DNA from: Euglena gracilis
Taxonomy: Eukaryota
Reading direction: 5' to 3'
NCBI GenBank assembly: GCA_039621445.1
Contig: CP154954.1
Location: 42,840,632-42,904,631 of the forward strand
DNA length: 64,000 nt
Shown here: one piece after another, positions 1 through 11,700 of the stretch
Layout: every line of letters begins with the position of its first letter
Position numbering within the stretch: the first letter of the stretch is position 1
Made by a program: the position numbers and the translations under genes
The notes under the pieces: model-generated
The model's input: only the letters and a program-made list of their open reading frames with translations
Database searches by the model: none
Told to the model about the DNA's origin: nothing

Positions 1-291
1 ATACATACATACATACATACATACATACATACATACATACATACATACACACATGCATACATGCATACATACATGCATGCATACATGCATACATGTAATC
101 CCTGCCTTAATGACACACATATACACATACATGCACACATGCATACATGCATACATGCATACCCTGCCTTAATAACACACATATACACATACATGCACAC
201 ATGCATACATGCATACATAGAAACATACATGCATGAATGCATGGATGCATGCATCCATCCATCCATCCATCCATCTGTCTGTCTGTCTGTC
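1..291. repeat. Compound microsatellite (ATAC)n/(ATGC)n/(ATCC)n/(GTCT)n
   Basis: Tandem tetranucleotide units read directly; the His/Met-rich ORFs here are artefacts of the repeat. Confidence 0.95.
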
Positions 292-3099
292 CGCACATTT
301 TTTTGCAGCATTAAATCTGCACATTCCCCGCAAATTCTGAAATGGGCGACCCAAAAGGGCCCCTCTCCTAACATCCATCATCGACGTTGTGGAGAAAGTG
401 AGTGAAAAATCCCAAAATTTATTTCAAATTCAGATTGAAATATTTCAAATAAAACAAACCGATTCCTGTGTTTGGGTTGCTTGTAAATACCTCCTCATTT
501 TGGGGTGTTCATGAACAGGGAACTGTGGATTGGCACAAGCAGTTAAATTGCACAAATAATTATGCAAAAAATTTATCAGCTGGACGTCCTTCGCCAAAAG
601 CCGTTTGAAACACTTTCTTGCAAAGTGATCAAAATACTATATGTGCTTCTTGATCACACACTGGCAAAAGTCTTTGTGGTGAGGACGCACAATGATGCAC
701 AAAATAAAAAATTTAACGCATATGCCGCAGAACAAAAATGCACGGAGACCTTGTGGGACGGACAGCAGAATGACACATTCAGCAAACAGCCAGCAGGGCA
801 CTCGTGGACACGTTTTCGTAGTTGATCAATTGGGAGGGGGCATGAACGAATGCAAAAGTCGCTTAGAGAAAACGATGCGAAGAGACAGCCACATGGGTGG
901 CAAAAGGGAAACTGTTGTAGCACCTCTTTGTGCTACTTCGCCATCTCCGTTTGGACTATCTCCATTTGTCATCCCAAAATGGCTCCAAGATTCTTTGCCA
1001 CGGCACCATACACCCTTTTCAGGTTGATGGCCGGAAATTTGAAAACCTTTCTGTTCTTGAACACAATTCTTTTTAAAGTAAAACAAAATACGAGTCTTTG
1101 CATGTTCGTTGTTCGGCCGTTCAAATTTGTGCAGGCATTCGTTGGACATGGATGCGTTACGTTTGGTCCAATGCAAAATACCTAACCGATGCCAGCAATC
1201 GTTCAGCCTGACACAAATATGAAAACAGGAGATGGACTGCTTCTGAGGAGAGAATCACCCTTGGGGCAAAGCACATCCTTTTGCCTTTCCCCATTTAACC
1301 AGCGGTTTCCGATGGCGCATATGCCAGAACAAATGACTGTCTGTCAGGGGTGTGACGACACCGCTGACAAAAACACAACTCTGATAGCAACCACCCATTT
1401 AGATATTGAAACCTTCTGAAACATTTTTCTTGCAACGAAGCATCAGAAACCTTCTTGATTTGCGCAGGCAGAAACAACTCGCCGGTGGAAAAAAAAACTT
1501 GGCTTTTTGAGGTATTTTTTAAGGGTGTTTTTTTGGTTCTTAAGGCGTGTCAAGGTTTTTGGCATTTTTTTCCAAGGGCGGTTCAAGCATCGAACGGGGT
1601 TCAAAATATAAAAAGCCGAACCCCGTTTTTTTTTCTTTCACAATGCTCCAGCGGTGGCATCATTTCTCTTGGAGTTGTCTTGTTTTTGCCGAGATTTTGC
1701 GGTTTTGTTTTGTTTTGATTTGACAAAATTCTGAAAATTGTTTTTTTTTGAGGTTCTTTAAGCTGTTTTTTTTAAAGGTTTTTCAGGCATTTTGTTCAAA
1801 AATCAAGGCGCTTTAAACTTTTTAAAGGCTTTTTAAGGCGCCTCTAAAGAAATAATGCCTGTTGTCCACTGGCATGATCGAGACCGTCACATCCTAACTT
1901 GACTTTTGTTGACGTCTCCCAACCTTTCACCGGTTTTTCCTCAAGCGAGAAATCCTTGGATGAGTTGATCCCCAGGTTGCCTCACCATGCCCCATCTGCT
2001 TGGCAGTCCCTGGGGCGCAATTTTTTTTTGAAGGGAGGGGGCAGCTTTGCAAATATTAGGCGTCCAGTTGATACAGAGGGCAAGATCAGAGAGCGACTGC
2101 TACGCAGTGGGGGGCTTCTCTTGGCAGGGTTGCCCCCGCTCTTTGGGTGTAATACCAAAGCCTTCTGGCGATGTGTATTCACAACCATAAGTCTCTGTAA
2201 GGACAAGGGGGGAGGGCTTGGCTGACAAAATTTTGCCCCCCAAAAAGTGCCAAAAAATGGCATTTTGGCCAAGTTTTGGCCGAATTTGGGCCATTTGAGA
2301 TTTGGGCCATGTTGCAAAAAATTGACCAAAGCTCCGAAGAGGTGTCCTCTGACTGGCAGGGGGTGGTCGTTGGATATAGGGGGGCGTTCGACATAGGTAG
2401 GGGGTACACAAAGATAAAAACGATGCGATGGTTTCTGCCTTCTCCCACCCAAAAGCACATCACTTCTGCGCCAAGCACGAGGTCAACAGGAGATCAGCGA
2501 TGGCATTTTGAACCCTTGAAATACACATTTTTGAGTATCTAAAATATCTAAAGGGCCAATTCTACAGATGCTTCCAGGGACTGGCTTGTGTTGAAAACGA
2601 CACCCACCTCTGTCGAAATTACGGACTTTCCTCAAATTTTGAAATCTTAAAAAAAATATGTCGCATTCACATATTTTAAAGACCAATCCCATGCATATTT
2701 CCGAGGACGAGCCCAAATGCAATCCAGATCAATAGTTTTCCTTCCTGAATTTTTACAGATACATCTCCTGCCAGCACCTCTCAGTCCTCAGTCGTTGGAG
2801 GACAACTGGGAGAGAGCACGTTTTGCATTCTCTGACCGGGGGGTCATCATTGGGCATTACCCGTCACCAACTTAGGAATCCAGGGAGGTTAATAAAAGGT
2901 GCTTTGGCTGGAACAGGGGGTCAGCAGGTGGGGGGTTGGTGTACTATCAAGGAATCACTTGGACAAAAATACATTTTCGATTTTAAAAAAAATCAGTTTC
3001 CAGGTGGGTTGGTGTAATATCAAAGAAACATTTGGACAAAGACCATTGATTCCATGAACCCGGAGTTTATTTTCCTTCACCGGATGGCTTGTAGGCCGC

Positions 3100-5100
3100 G
3101 GGACTGGACATTATGCGGTCAATTACGAGTGAGAATTTCCGTGCTGGACGTGCCCCTTCAGCATCCGTTATGCCGCTTCCAGATGTGTGCCGTGAACAGG
3201 GATGCCCCCCTCGAACGCAGCCTCCCCCACTCCACTGGGCTGGCAGTGCGGTGGGTCGAGCATTTGGGCTTGGGCAGGACCACAGAGGGGAGTGGGGCAG
3301 GGCTGGGCTGTGGGGTAAGGCCAGGGGTAGACCCCCCACATGCAAGAAACCCCTCTGGACCGAAAAGTCACCGTCCCAGGGGAGGGGTGGTGGCCCCCAC
3401 CCACTCATCCCGAGGGTGATAAGGACGGAGATGAGGTTGGCGGGGTGGTCGATCTCCCCCCCCCAGGGTTGTATGGGAATCTCCGAGGGGGGGGGAGGGG
3501 GGGGGACCCCCCCCTCCTACCTCCGGTTTTCGGTCGCCGAAAATTGGCTTTTTGGGGTCAAAAGGTCAATTTTTCTGAAATTTCTCAAAAATGGTGGGGA
3601 ATCAAAAGAAATGTCCATTGCCTAAATTGAAGCCCTTAAAATGCCCTATCTAACAGTATATTAATAACTCCCCACCTAGCCCGAGTTACGGCCATTTTTC
3701 GGCCAACTTTGGCCATTTTGCCAAAATTTCATGTTGAGCCTCAAGAGGGTCCTTAAATACCCTTAAATACATACCAGGCGCGAAGCGCCGGAAATTTTTT
3801 TTGCCTCCGCAGAGGAGAAGGGGGGTGGTGGGACCCCCTTCCGAAACTGGGGGGGGTGGGACCCCCCCCCCTACCACCTTACCCCCCAGGGGGGGTGACC
3901 CCCCCCCCTACCACCTATCTCATGTCTGCGGAGCTTCCCATACAACCCTGCCCCCCCCACCCGTGGGGTTTCAGGGAGTCCCGGGCAGCCCAGGGCGCGG
4001 GCGTGTGGTTGGCGCAGCGGGGGCTGCCGGCGCTGCGGACTCTCACCAAGATTGCCGTGGAGCGTGAAGCGTATGGGACCGGCCCATAGGATTCAGGCAG
4101 AAGGGGCCCAGTGGTGGCAGGCTTCGTTTTTTTTTTGTTTATAGATCTGGAGATCTAGAGAGCCCTTTCTTTCCTGAGAAGAGCGGGACATTCAGCGCAC
4201 AAACAGTTCGAAGGAAAAATTGATCAGTGCTTGATGCGGTGCACACCAGTTGAGGTACAGTGCACCCCAGTGGAGGCAGCAGGGGTGTCTCACGCCACTC
4301 GTGCTGCAGGAGCTGCTCGGCAACCTCTGCAGGATGAACCGGGGATAATCCCGCTTTGTCTACGATTGTGAGGCAACTGGTCCAGTGAACTGTTGTTGCG
4401 CGTCGCTGTCTTGTGGTGTGGCAGGTAGTCCCCTCGTTGGGTTCCCGGCATATCCTCCAACAATCAAAGGAAGCACGTTTGTGCTCGGAGCAAATGTCTG
4501 CATCTGAGGGGGGATACCACCCCACCCGTTGGAGTTCTTTTAGCCATCTCTGCAAATCAAGGGGGAAGCGAGAAACCGAATTCCCACGTCCCCATCCATG
4601 CCACCAACCCCTTTCGTTTTTTTAATTCTGGAAATGGACAAAAACTATTTTTTTTTGCTGCCAATTTCAAGGTCGAAATCCGCCTAAGTTTAAGGTGATA
4701 AAATTTTGGGAGGCAGATTACTTCGTTTTTGAAAGAGATGAAGCGATCCTCCTATCCGGATCCGTTGAAAATGTTTACAAATTTATGCCTGCTTAGCCTC
4801 CCAGTCATGACCCCTCATGGACAATATTGCAAGTTGCTAGAAAACAAAGGGATAGGATCAGGGGTGGAGTTATGGTTTAGGTTAGGGTTAGGGTTAGGGT
4901 TAGGATGGGAATGTGGGAGGAGGCATCAGCTGATCCATCCCCATGTGGAAACGTCTTGTACCTGAACCCACACAAGGGCTTCCAACATACTGAGATGAAA
5001 ACCCGCCTCAGACACAATCTGCTGTCCCCTGCAACCAGCAAATGTGTGCCATCTTATCCTCATCTGGGCACGTTCTGGCAGGGGACTTCTTATGGCCATT
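3100..5100 (-). CDS. Fragments of an unresolved multi-exon gene, unknown product
   Basis: Protein-like minus-strand segments at ~4430-4555 (QRWLKELQRVGWYPPSDADICSEH) and ~4240-4345 (VHPAEVAEQLLQHEWRETPLLPPLG), plus a GC-rich exon-like block at ~3996-4075. A self-complementary intron-like interval lies at ~3300-3995. Frame and strand are not fully resolved. Confidence 0.3.
3464..3950. mobile_element. hAT-like MITE (487 bp)
   Basis: Perfect 16-bp TIR CAGGGTTGTATGGGAA / TTCCCATACAACCCTG, flanked by C8 on both sides (3456-3463, 3951-3958). The joined flanks resemble the uninterrupted sequence at ~32356-32412. Confidence 0.85.
4877..4904 (+). repeat. Short interstitial telomere-like (TTAGGG)n tract
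   Basis: ttaggttagggttagggttagggttagg: three perfect units plus two partial units. Confidence 0.7.
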
Positions 5101-5776
5101 CAGTTGGAAACAAATTGCATTCCTCCCCCCTTGTCCTTGACCTTGACACGCCAAACTGCGGGGAAAGTGCGGTTGACGGGGGGGGGGGGTGTCATGGACA
5201 CGCCATATCATGTGCACTGTGCCTTAAAGAAAATGGAATTTTGGGTACAGGGAAAGTGCGGTTGACACACACCCTGTGTGCCCCTGTGTGTCCAGGAAGG
5301 GGGGAGGGGTGTACCGTTCCCCCCTTCCTGGAAATTCCGACGATTTTTGCTCGGTGTGCTCACCGTGGACTTCTGTGCGGGGTCGAAATCAGCAAAAGGG
5401 GGCTGAATGTTTGGGTTTGATTTGAAACCAACTGGTGCGAAAAGGGCCAAAAACGTTTAGGTGAAGCGGGAAAAGGCTCAAACACTGCCCCGTTGTGCTT
5501 CATTGTGAGAAGTCGAAGAGTAAAATGACCGAAAATGGGGAGGGGGCGAGGATGAAAACTGGGAGGGGAATTGCGTATCACAAAAAAATCCCTTCCTCGC
5601 TGGAAAGCAAAGAGACGGCAAAGACACCCCAAACACGACGAAAACATTGGGGCCAAGAAATTTAGAGGGGATCCTACCCCCCCCCGAGGGGTCCAGCCAG
5701 CCAGCACCTCCCTGGGCTGCAGACCAGGCTGTATTTTAGTCGGGTGCCAATCCAACCGGGGGGGGGGGGGTGCCTG

Positions 5777-7216
5777 CCAGAGAAGCATGGTACGCAAATT
5801 ACCAGCACAGGGAGGCGTCCGACCGACTGGCAAGATGTTGGGCACTCTGGGTTGCCGGAGGTGGGCAGCTAAACATCTTGCAAGTTGAAGAAGACCTGCA
5901 ACGCCACTGTGGTTTGGGAGAGGAGGGCGTGTTGCGCATACAGCTGGAGGAGGAGGCCGAGTGGCAGCATGTCGGTTTGGCATGGGCGGAAACCGAGGTA
6001 CTGCTGGAGAGCAAGCCCAGGCGAAGCACACGCACCAGGACCCAACCTCAATGGTACCAGAGCGAACAAACAGAGCACAGAGAACAGAGGCGCCAGGCGA
6101 GGGCATCAGGAAAAGAGAGGTTCTCTTCTGATGGGGACACAGAAATGGCAGCAGAAGAGGAGAGCCATGACTGGAAGGAAGGGGAGAGGATAGGCGAGGC
6201 CAAACACCCTGGTCCTCCAGTCACAGCCAAAGGGGGTCCCCGGGGACAAAAAAGGCGAGAGCCGGGGCATGCACCAAGAGCCCAACAAGCTCTTGGAGGC
6301 AGCCAGCCCCACCAGAAATGGCACCAACCCGTTCAGCAAAACAAAGCAAACAGTGCCAAAGGCTGGACCACAGTCCGAGGCACCGGAAAATCAACTTCTA
6401 CACACACTCCCAACCACCCGCCTCGCACGCGGTCGCGTCGTGACAGCGCAAGCTTGATTTTGCCACCGCAGTTTGGAGGTAACCACACCAAAGGTGGGTA
6501 CACTCACACCAACACCAACACCCCCAGCAATGGCAAGGTGTGCTGGTTTGGTCAGCGGTGCCTATACCCATACTGTCCGTACCAGCACCCAGCCAACTGG
6601 TGGGGGTACACCCAAAAACTGCAGCCCACAGAGGGGGGCTCCCCATGGGGAGGGCGGGGCAGACCGACTGGGGAACAGCGCATGTGCAAGTATGGGATGG
6701 GATGCTGGTGGAGACCACCTCCTGCCCGTATGCCCATCCCATTGAGAACAGCAACGGGAGACAGCAACACAACAACTGGGAACCACACCAAGAGCAAAGA
6801 GCCCGGGGTGGGTCCAAAGGGTCGGGGAAGCAGCAGCGACAGCAGCAGCCCAGCAAGCAGCAGTGGAAAGCATTTCCTTCCCAGGGGGACCCGGCGGGCC
6901 GTGGTGGTAAAAAGGGCCCACTGCAGGTGACACCGGTACCCGCCGGCACGCAGTGGAGGAGTAGGCCCCTTACCACCCCGAGCACCTCTTGGGAACGAAA
7001 TCGAGCAGCAACAGAAGCAGCAGCAGCAGCAGCAGCAGCCAGAAAGGGGAGCCAAAAACCCAAGGGGGAGGGGAAGGGCAAGAAAATCACAAAACGGAAG
7101 TTTGAAGTCCTAGTGAATATGGGGTCGGACAATTATTGGGAGTTGCTCCGAAGAAAGGGCCAGAAGCGGAATGCAGCGCCAGGCCTTAAACCAGACAGAA
7201 GCCAAAGTGCATCTAA
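5777..7216 (+). mobile_element. Retrotransposon-like relic (5' or ORF1 portion), frameshifted, no RT domain
   Basis: Intron-free purine-rich ORF 5770-6930 with GERIGEAKHPGP and a CCCH finger (CWFGQRCLYPYCPYQH). A second finger is split by a frameshift (CKYGMGC / CPYAH) into ORF 6540-7310. Flanked by a direct repeat G11-TGCCTG. Confidence 0.55.
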
Positions 7217-8620
7217 GGGGGGGGGGGTGCCTGTCTGGGCAGGCACTCCAAGGCACTCCAAATCCGACCCCCCCCGGGGGGGGGGGGGGCACTTGGCAAA
7301 AAGTGCCTAGCAGGCACTCCGGCGCCAAAGGGATTGGTAGAAAAACAGCCTGCTACGGACCCTCCTGGGGGGTCCGCTGAAACAAAGTTGGGTCCAAAAG
7401 CCAGGATGGACCGAAGAATCTTCAGCGCAAAGCGCCAAAAACTTTGGGAAAAAGGGGGGGGTCAAAAATGGCCAAAAGATGTCCATTTTTGGGTGGTTTT
7501 GGGGGGTTCACACCTCTAATTTATCCCCCTGGGTGGGTCCAGCCAGCCGGCTTGAAAAAGGGGGTTCAGGGAGGCGGTTCCGACCTGGCTGCCAGGCTGG
7601 ACTCGCCGGGAACCTGAAAGGCGAAAAGCCCAAATCCAGGTGGGTATATTTTTCCCGGCTAAATTTTCAAGGTGAAAAACCAAAGCGTACCAACAATAGA
7701 CATCCTTGGCCATTTTTGACTCACTTCCAAACACCAACAACTTTGGGCAATTCTCCCACCTAGGTCACAGGTCGGCTCATGACTAAAACCCTGAAACTTT
7801 CTAAGATGTGTTTGACCCTGACAAGTTTTGCAGACGGACTCATTTCCATATGGGGGGGGGGGGGCAGCTGGGGGGGGGGGGGCTTGATCAGTACCAAGAA
7901 AAATAACCTGGGAAGGGCCTGACAGGTTTGGAGGGGGGGGCCAAATAACTCTACAAATTGTTGGCGAATTATGGTGAAATGTGGCCCGGGAAACCCAAAT
8001 TGGTTGGCAATGAAACCTGAAAATGGCGCATACGAACGGCCAGGACGGCGGCTATATATGGGTTGTTGGTTGTGGAAGGCATGAGTTATAAAAGAAGCAG
8101 GCTTTCCTGCGGGCCACGTCTGGGAATTGCACACGACTGGGGAAACACAGGGCCCATTTAGGGAAGGGAAAACGTGATTTCAGCCCAGAATTCCTCACAT
8201 CAGTTTGATTTGGACATATATTTAAAATGAAAATATACAAAAGAAAAATAAAATCGAAAATAAAACAAGGCAAATTAAAATGTTTCTTCCAACGAGATTT
8301 TTGGAAAACGAGGTGGCTGTCCCAGCTTGATAGATTGGAATCTTAATGACCCCCCCCCCAAAAGCTGCTGTGATTTGGCCTGTTTGATACATTGTTTGAT
8401 CTGGACATTCTCAAAGAAAAAGCGACTTCGGCTTGAAGGTCACTGTTAGATTTTATGAATTTGTGAGTAAAAAAAAACAACACGCAAAAAAAAAAGGGAA
8501 CATCAGAAAGTTTCATTATTCCTCTCCCCGCACGGAATGCAAAGTACCTTCCTCCGTGTGACTGTCCAGGACATCGCCCTGTCCGGCTGTGTTGTGCTGT
8601 GCAGTCGCGGCCAGCATTCG

Positions 8621-8798
8621 TCAGCAGGGGCGGACCGCATCCACACCGTCCTCCTCCTCCTCCTCGTCCTCCTCGGGGGCGGTGGTCACGCCACCGGGGG
8701 TGTGCCACGTCATGACGGTGTCCGGCCCGGAGGAGGCCACCTCGGGGCTGTCGGGGTCCACCAGGCGCAGCAGCTCGTACACGCTCATCCCCATCGCC
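8621..8798 (-). CDS. Cyclase last exon ((K)AMGMSVYELL...EEDEEEEEDGVDAVRPC*)
   Basis: VYEL motif that follows KGK in class III cyclases; TGA at 8621-8623; upstream intron ends CTGCCGCC. Confidence 0.85.
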
Positions 8799-11700
8799 GG
8801 CGGCAGGCAACCCACCGCAGTTGGGGGTGCATGCCAAGGCGCTGGAAGGCTTTTTGGCCAACTTTTCCAGTGGGACCGCGGTTCGAATGCCCACTCCTCA
8901 ACAGGTGGGGAATTCGTTTGGTCAACAGCGCATATGTCAAAAAAAGGCAAAAAAAATGGGGGGAAAAGCAGACCGAAATTTTTTTCTGAAAAAAGACTGA
9001 TATGGGTACTTATATGATATGGTATGACATGCTTTTCGGCATTTGACCTGAATGGCTGCGCACCCCTATGCAATGGGTTCAAATCAGTGCAAATCGGCGG
9101 TCGAATTGATAAGCAGTCCAAAATTTGCCAGTTTTTTTTGCAAGAAATATTTACCCCCCCCCAAATAACGGGGCGGGGTGCCCCATTACTGGCACCATCT
9201 TTTTGACCTGCCCCGTTATTTGGGCACTACCAATCATCATGGAATTCCCTCACAGACCTGTTGTAATGAGTGACGAGTGACACATCCTCCTACTTATGGA
9301 AATGATGAGTGTTGCAAACCTGACATCCGAGACCTTGAATATGATTTTGACCCACCCATTTGTTACCACTAATTTTACAACAAACTTAACACTGAATAAT
9401 ACCAAATAGCACCGCTGGATGAATGGGGAGGGCAGAGGCAGTCGCCTGAACTTGCCCTTCAGGTAAACGCCGTCCAGCCTCCGGGTAAAATCCAGGCTGC
9501 TGTGTGAACCTGAGCATCTGAACTGGGGACCCCCTAACCCCCAAACCCCTCAGAAGCAAAAATAACAAGAACGCCTTGTTGTGGCTCAAGGAAGAACATG
9601 AAACAAGTGCAACTGTTCGCAGTGGCAGGGGGGGGGGAGTTGGCGCTCTGCCTCCTCGAACCCCCCCCAGAAGCTCTAATGACAAGAACAGTTTGTCATC
9701 TCAAAAGTGTGCAAGTTGCAACGCTTTTTAATCTGATGTGCGTTTCCCGCCCACCCACCCACCCTCGCACCCTCCTTCACCCCCTCCCTGGCCACTCCTC
9801 ACTTCCTTCAGGCCATATGTGCAGAACCCTTCGCAACGTTGTTGGCCTGGTCGGGATTTCCAGTGGCCGGAAAGCCCCCCCCCCCCCCCCGGCAGGGCTG
9901 TACGGGATGGCCTGGTGGGGAGGGTGGTCGACCCCCCACCTGCGAGGTGGGGGGGACAACCCCCCGTTTCAATGGACAAGGAAAAAGTTCTTTTCGGTAC
10001 TTTTAGAGCCAAAGCAAAAAAAAATTGACCTAAAAATCGGCGCCCCCAGGAATACTGGAAGGGGTGGGAGGGGTTCAAACCCCAACCATCAGGATTGGGG
10101 GGAGGGGAACTCAGGCTGCCATAGGTGAGGTATATGGCCATTTCAGGATGTTATTGCCCCTTTGGCAAATTTCACCGCTGTGGCCGTTTTTTTTTTTTTT
10201 CAACCACTTTTGGTGTTGCTTTTTTGAAAAACGAAAATGAACTCAAATTAATCATTTCCATAACTTTAGAACCAGCATCACATCCAGAAAATTAATTGCA
10301 TCTGACCAAGGGGCAGGGCTCAACAGGAAGAACTGGTGGGGCACTGAGCAAGGGACCCGTGGGGATTTGGGGATTCCCACCAGCCCTGCCGGAGGGGATC
10401 GTTGGGGCGTTGTTGGACAACCCAAAACAAACCGCTGGACAAATGAGTGATATTTAATGGTTTTCTTGGATTTCAAAGAGAATATTAACATACCAAAAAA
10501 GGTGATAGTATTGGCTTCTTCCAGACATGTCAGAAAACATGCTTCAACTTCATTATTCAACACATTACCCACCCCTGAGCACCACTTTCAATTCCATGAA
10601 TAATGTGCCGGATGTGCCGTTGTTGTTGTGGTTGTCGCCGCTGGTTGTTGGGGGGGACTTTGTGCACACCTCAACAGGAGCCTCGCCACCACCCGTCGCT
10701 CCACCGCGGCGTGCAGCTGCGGCCCGATGAGGATGCGCGTCTTGCGCTCCTTGTTGAGCCCCTCCAGCCGGCTTGGCCGCAGGCCCGCCGCCTTCTCTCT
10801 TGGTCCTTCTCCAGACAGCTGCAAGCAGCCGCAAATGCCCGACAGCCACTTCGTGGTGGCTGCCACTGAACTCCTCCGAATTAAAGCAAACTGATGCTTC
10901 AAACTGGGTCTCGCCAGTAACTGACCCAGCACCGCTGCTTCAGACTTCGGGCAGAATGGTGGGGCCCAGCCTGGCCGCCACGTTGACCACATCGCCCACC
11001 ACAGTGTAGTTCATGCGGTACCGCGAGCCGAAGATGCCCGCGTGGACCTGCCCCGCCTCCAGGCCCATCCGGCCGGAGAGGCGGGCGCATGGGGCTCTGC
11101 TGGGAATGAGGCGGTGCGTGCAGGGGAAGGAATGGATTGCAGAGGGAGGTCAACTTGGGGGAAGGGTGTCGCGGCTGTGAGAGGGTGCCCGCACCTCGCA
11201 CAAACGAGGCTTTGCTGGTTCCCTTTTGGTGATGAAAACGGAGGAGGGTTGCACGGGAAAAGCAACCCTCTCCTGCTCTTTCCTGAGGACGGTTCACCAT
11301 CAGCGCGTCTTTTAACGACCCCCTCCCCCAGGTTGTCCAGTTCAGAGGCTGGAAAATTCGGGCTGCTGGATAAAGGCCGCTGGCTGACCCCACCCACTTG
11401 GGGTACCAGGCTTGGGCTGGAACTGGGCCCAACCAAGGGTCAGGAACCAAAAAATCCACCATGCAAACTCCAAAAAAAACTTCCAATTGTGCAAAAAAAA
11501 CGATTTTTTTTTACCCGAAATTCGTCCTGGCCAGCCCTTTCCGACCCATTTTTGCGCATTTTCGGCCCATTTTTTTGACACCTGAAAGCAAAAATTCATT
11601 ACCGTCCAGCCTCCCGAAGGGTGGCTGGAAACAAACGATAAAACCCATTTATGGGGGGCGCGTCTGGGCTGGAAAGAGGCTGGCTGGCTCCTCCCTGGGG

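Noticed and set aside
61-405. His/Met/Thr-rich ORFs
   Set aside because: Translations of the ATAC/ATGC microsatellite.
2085-2215. Plus-strand RLLRSGGLLLAG resembling a methyltransferase LKPGG motif
   Set aside because: A single short motif with no supporting exons or motif I; the strand is uncertain.
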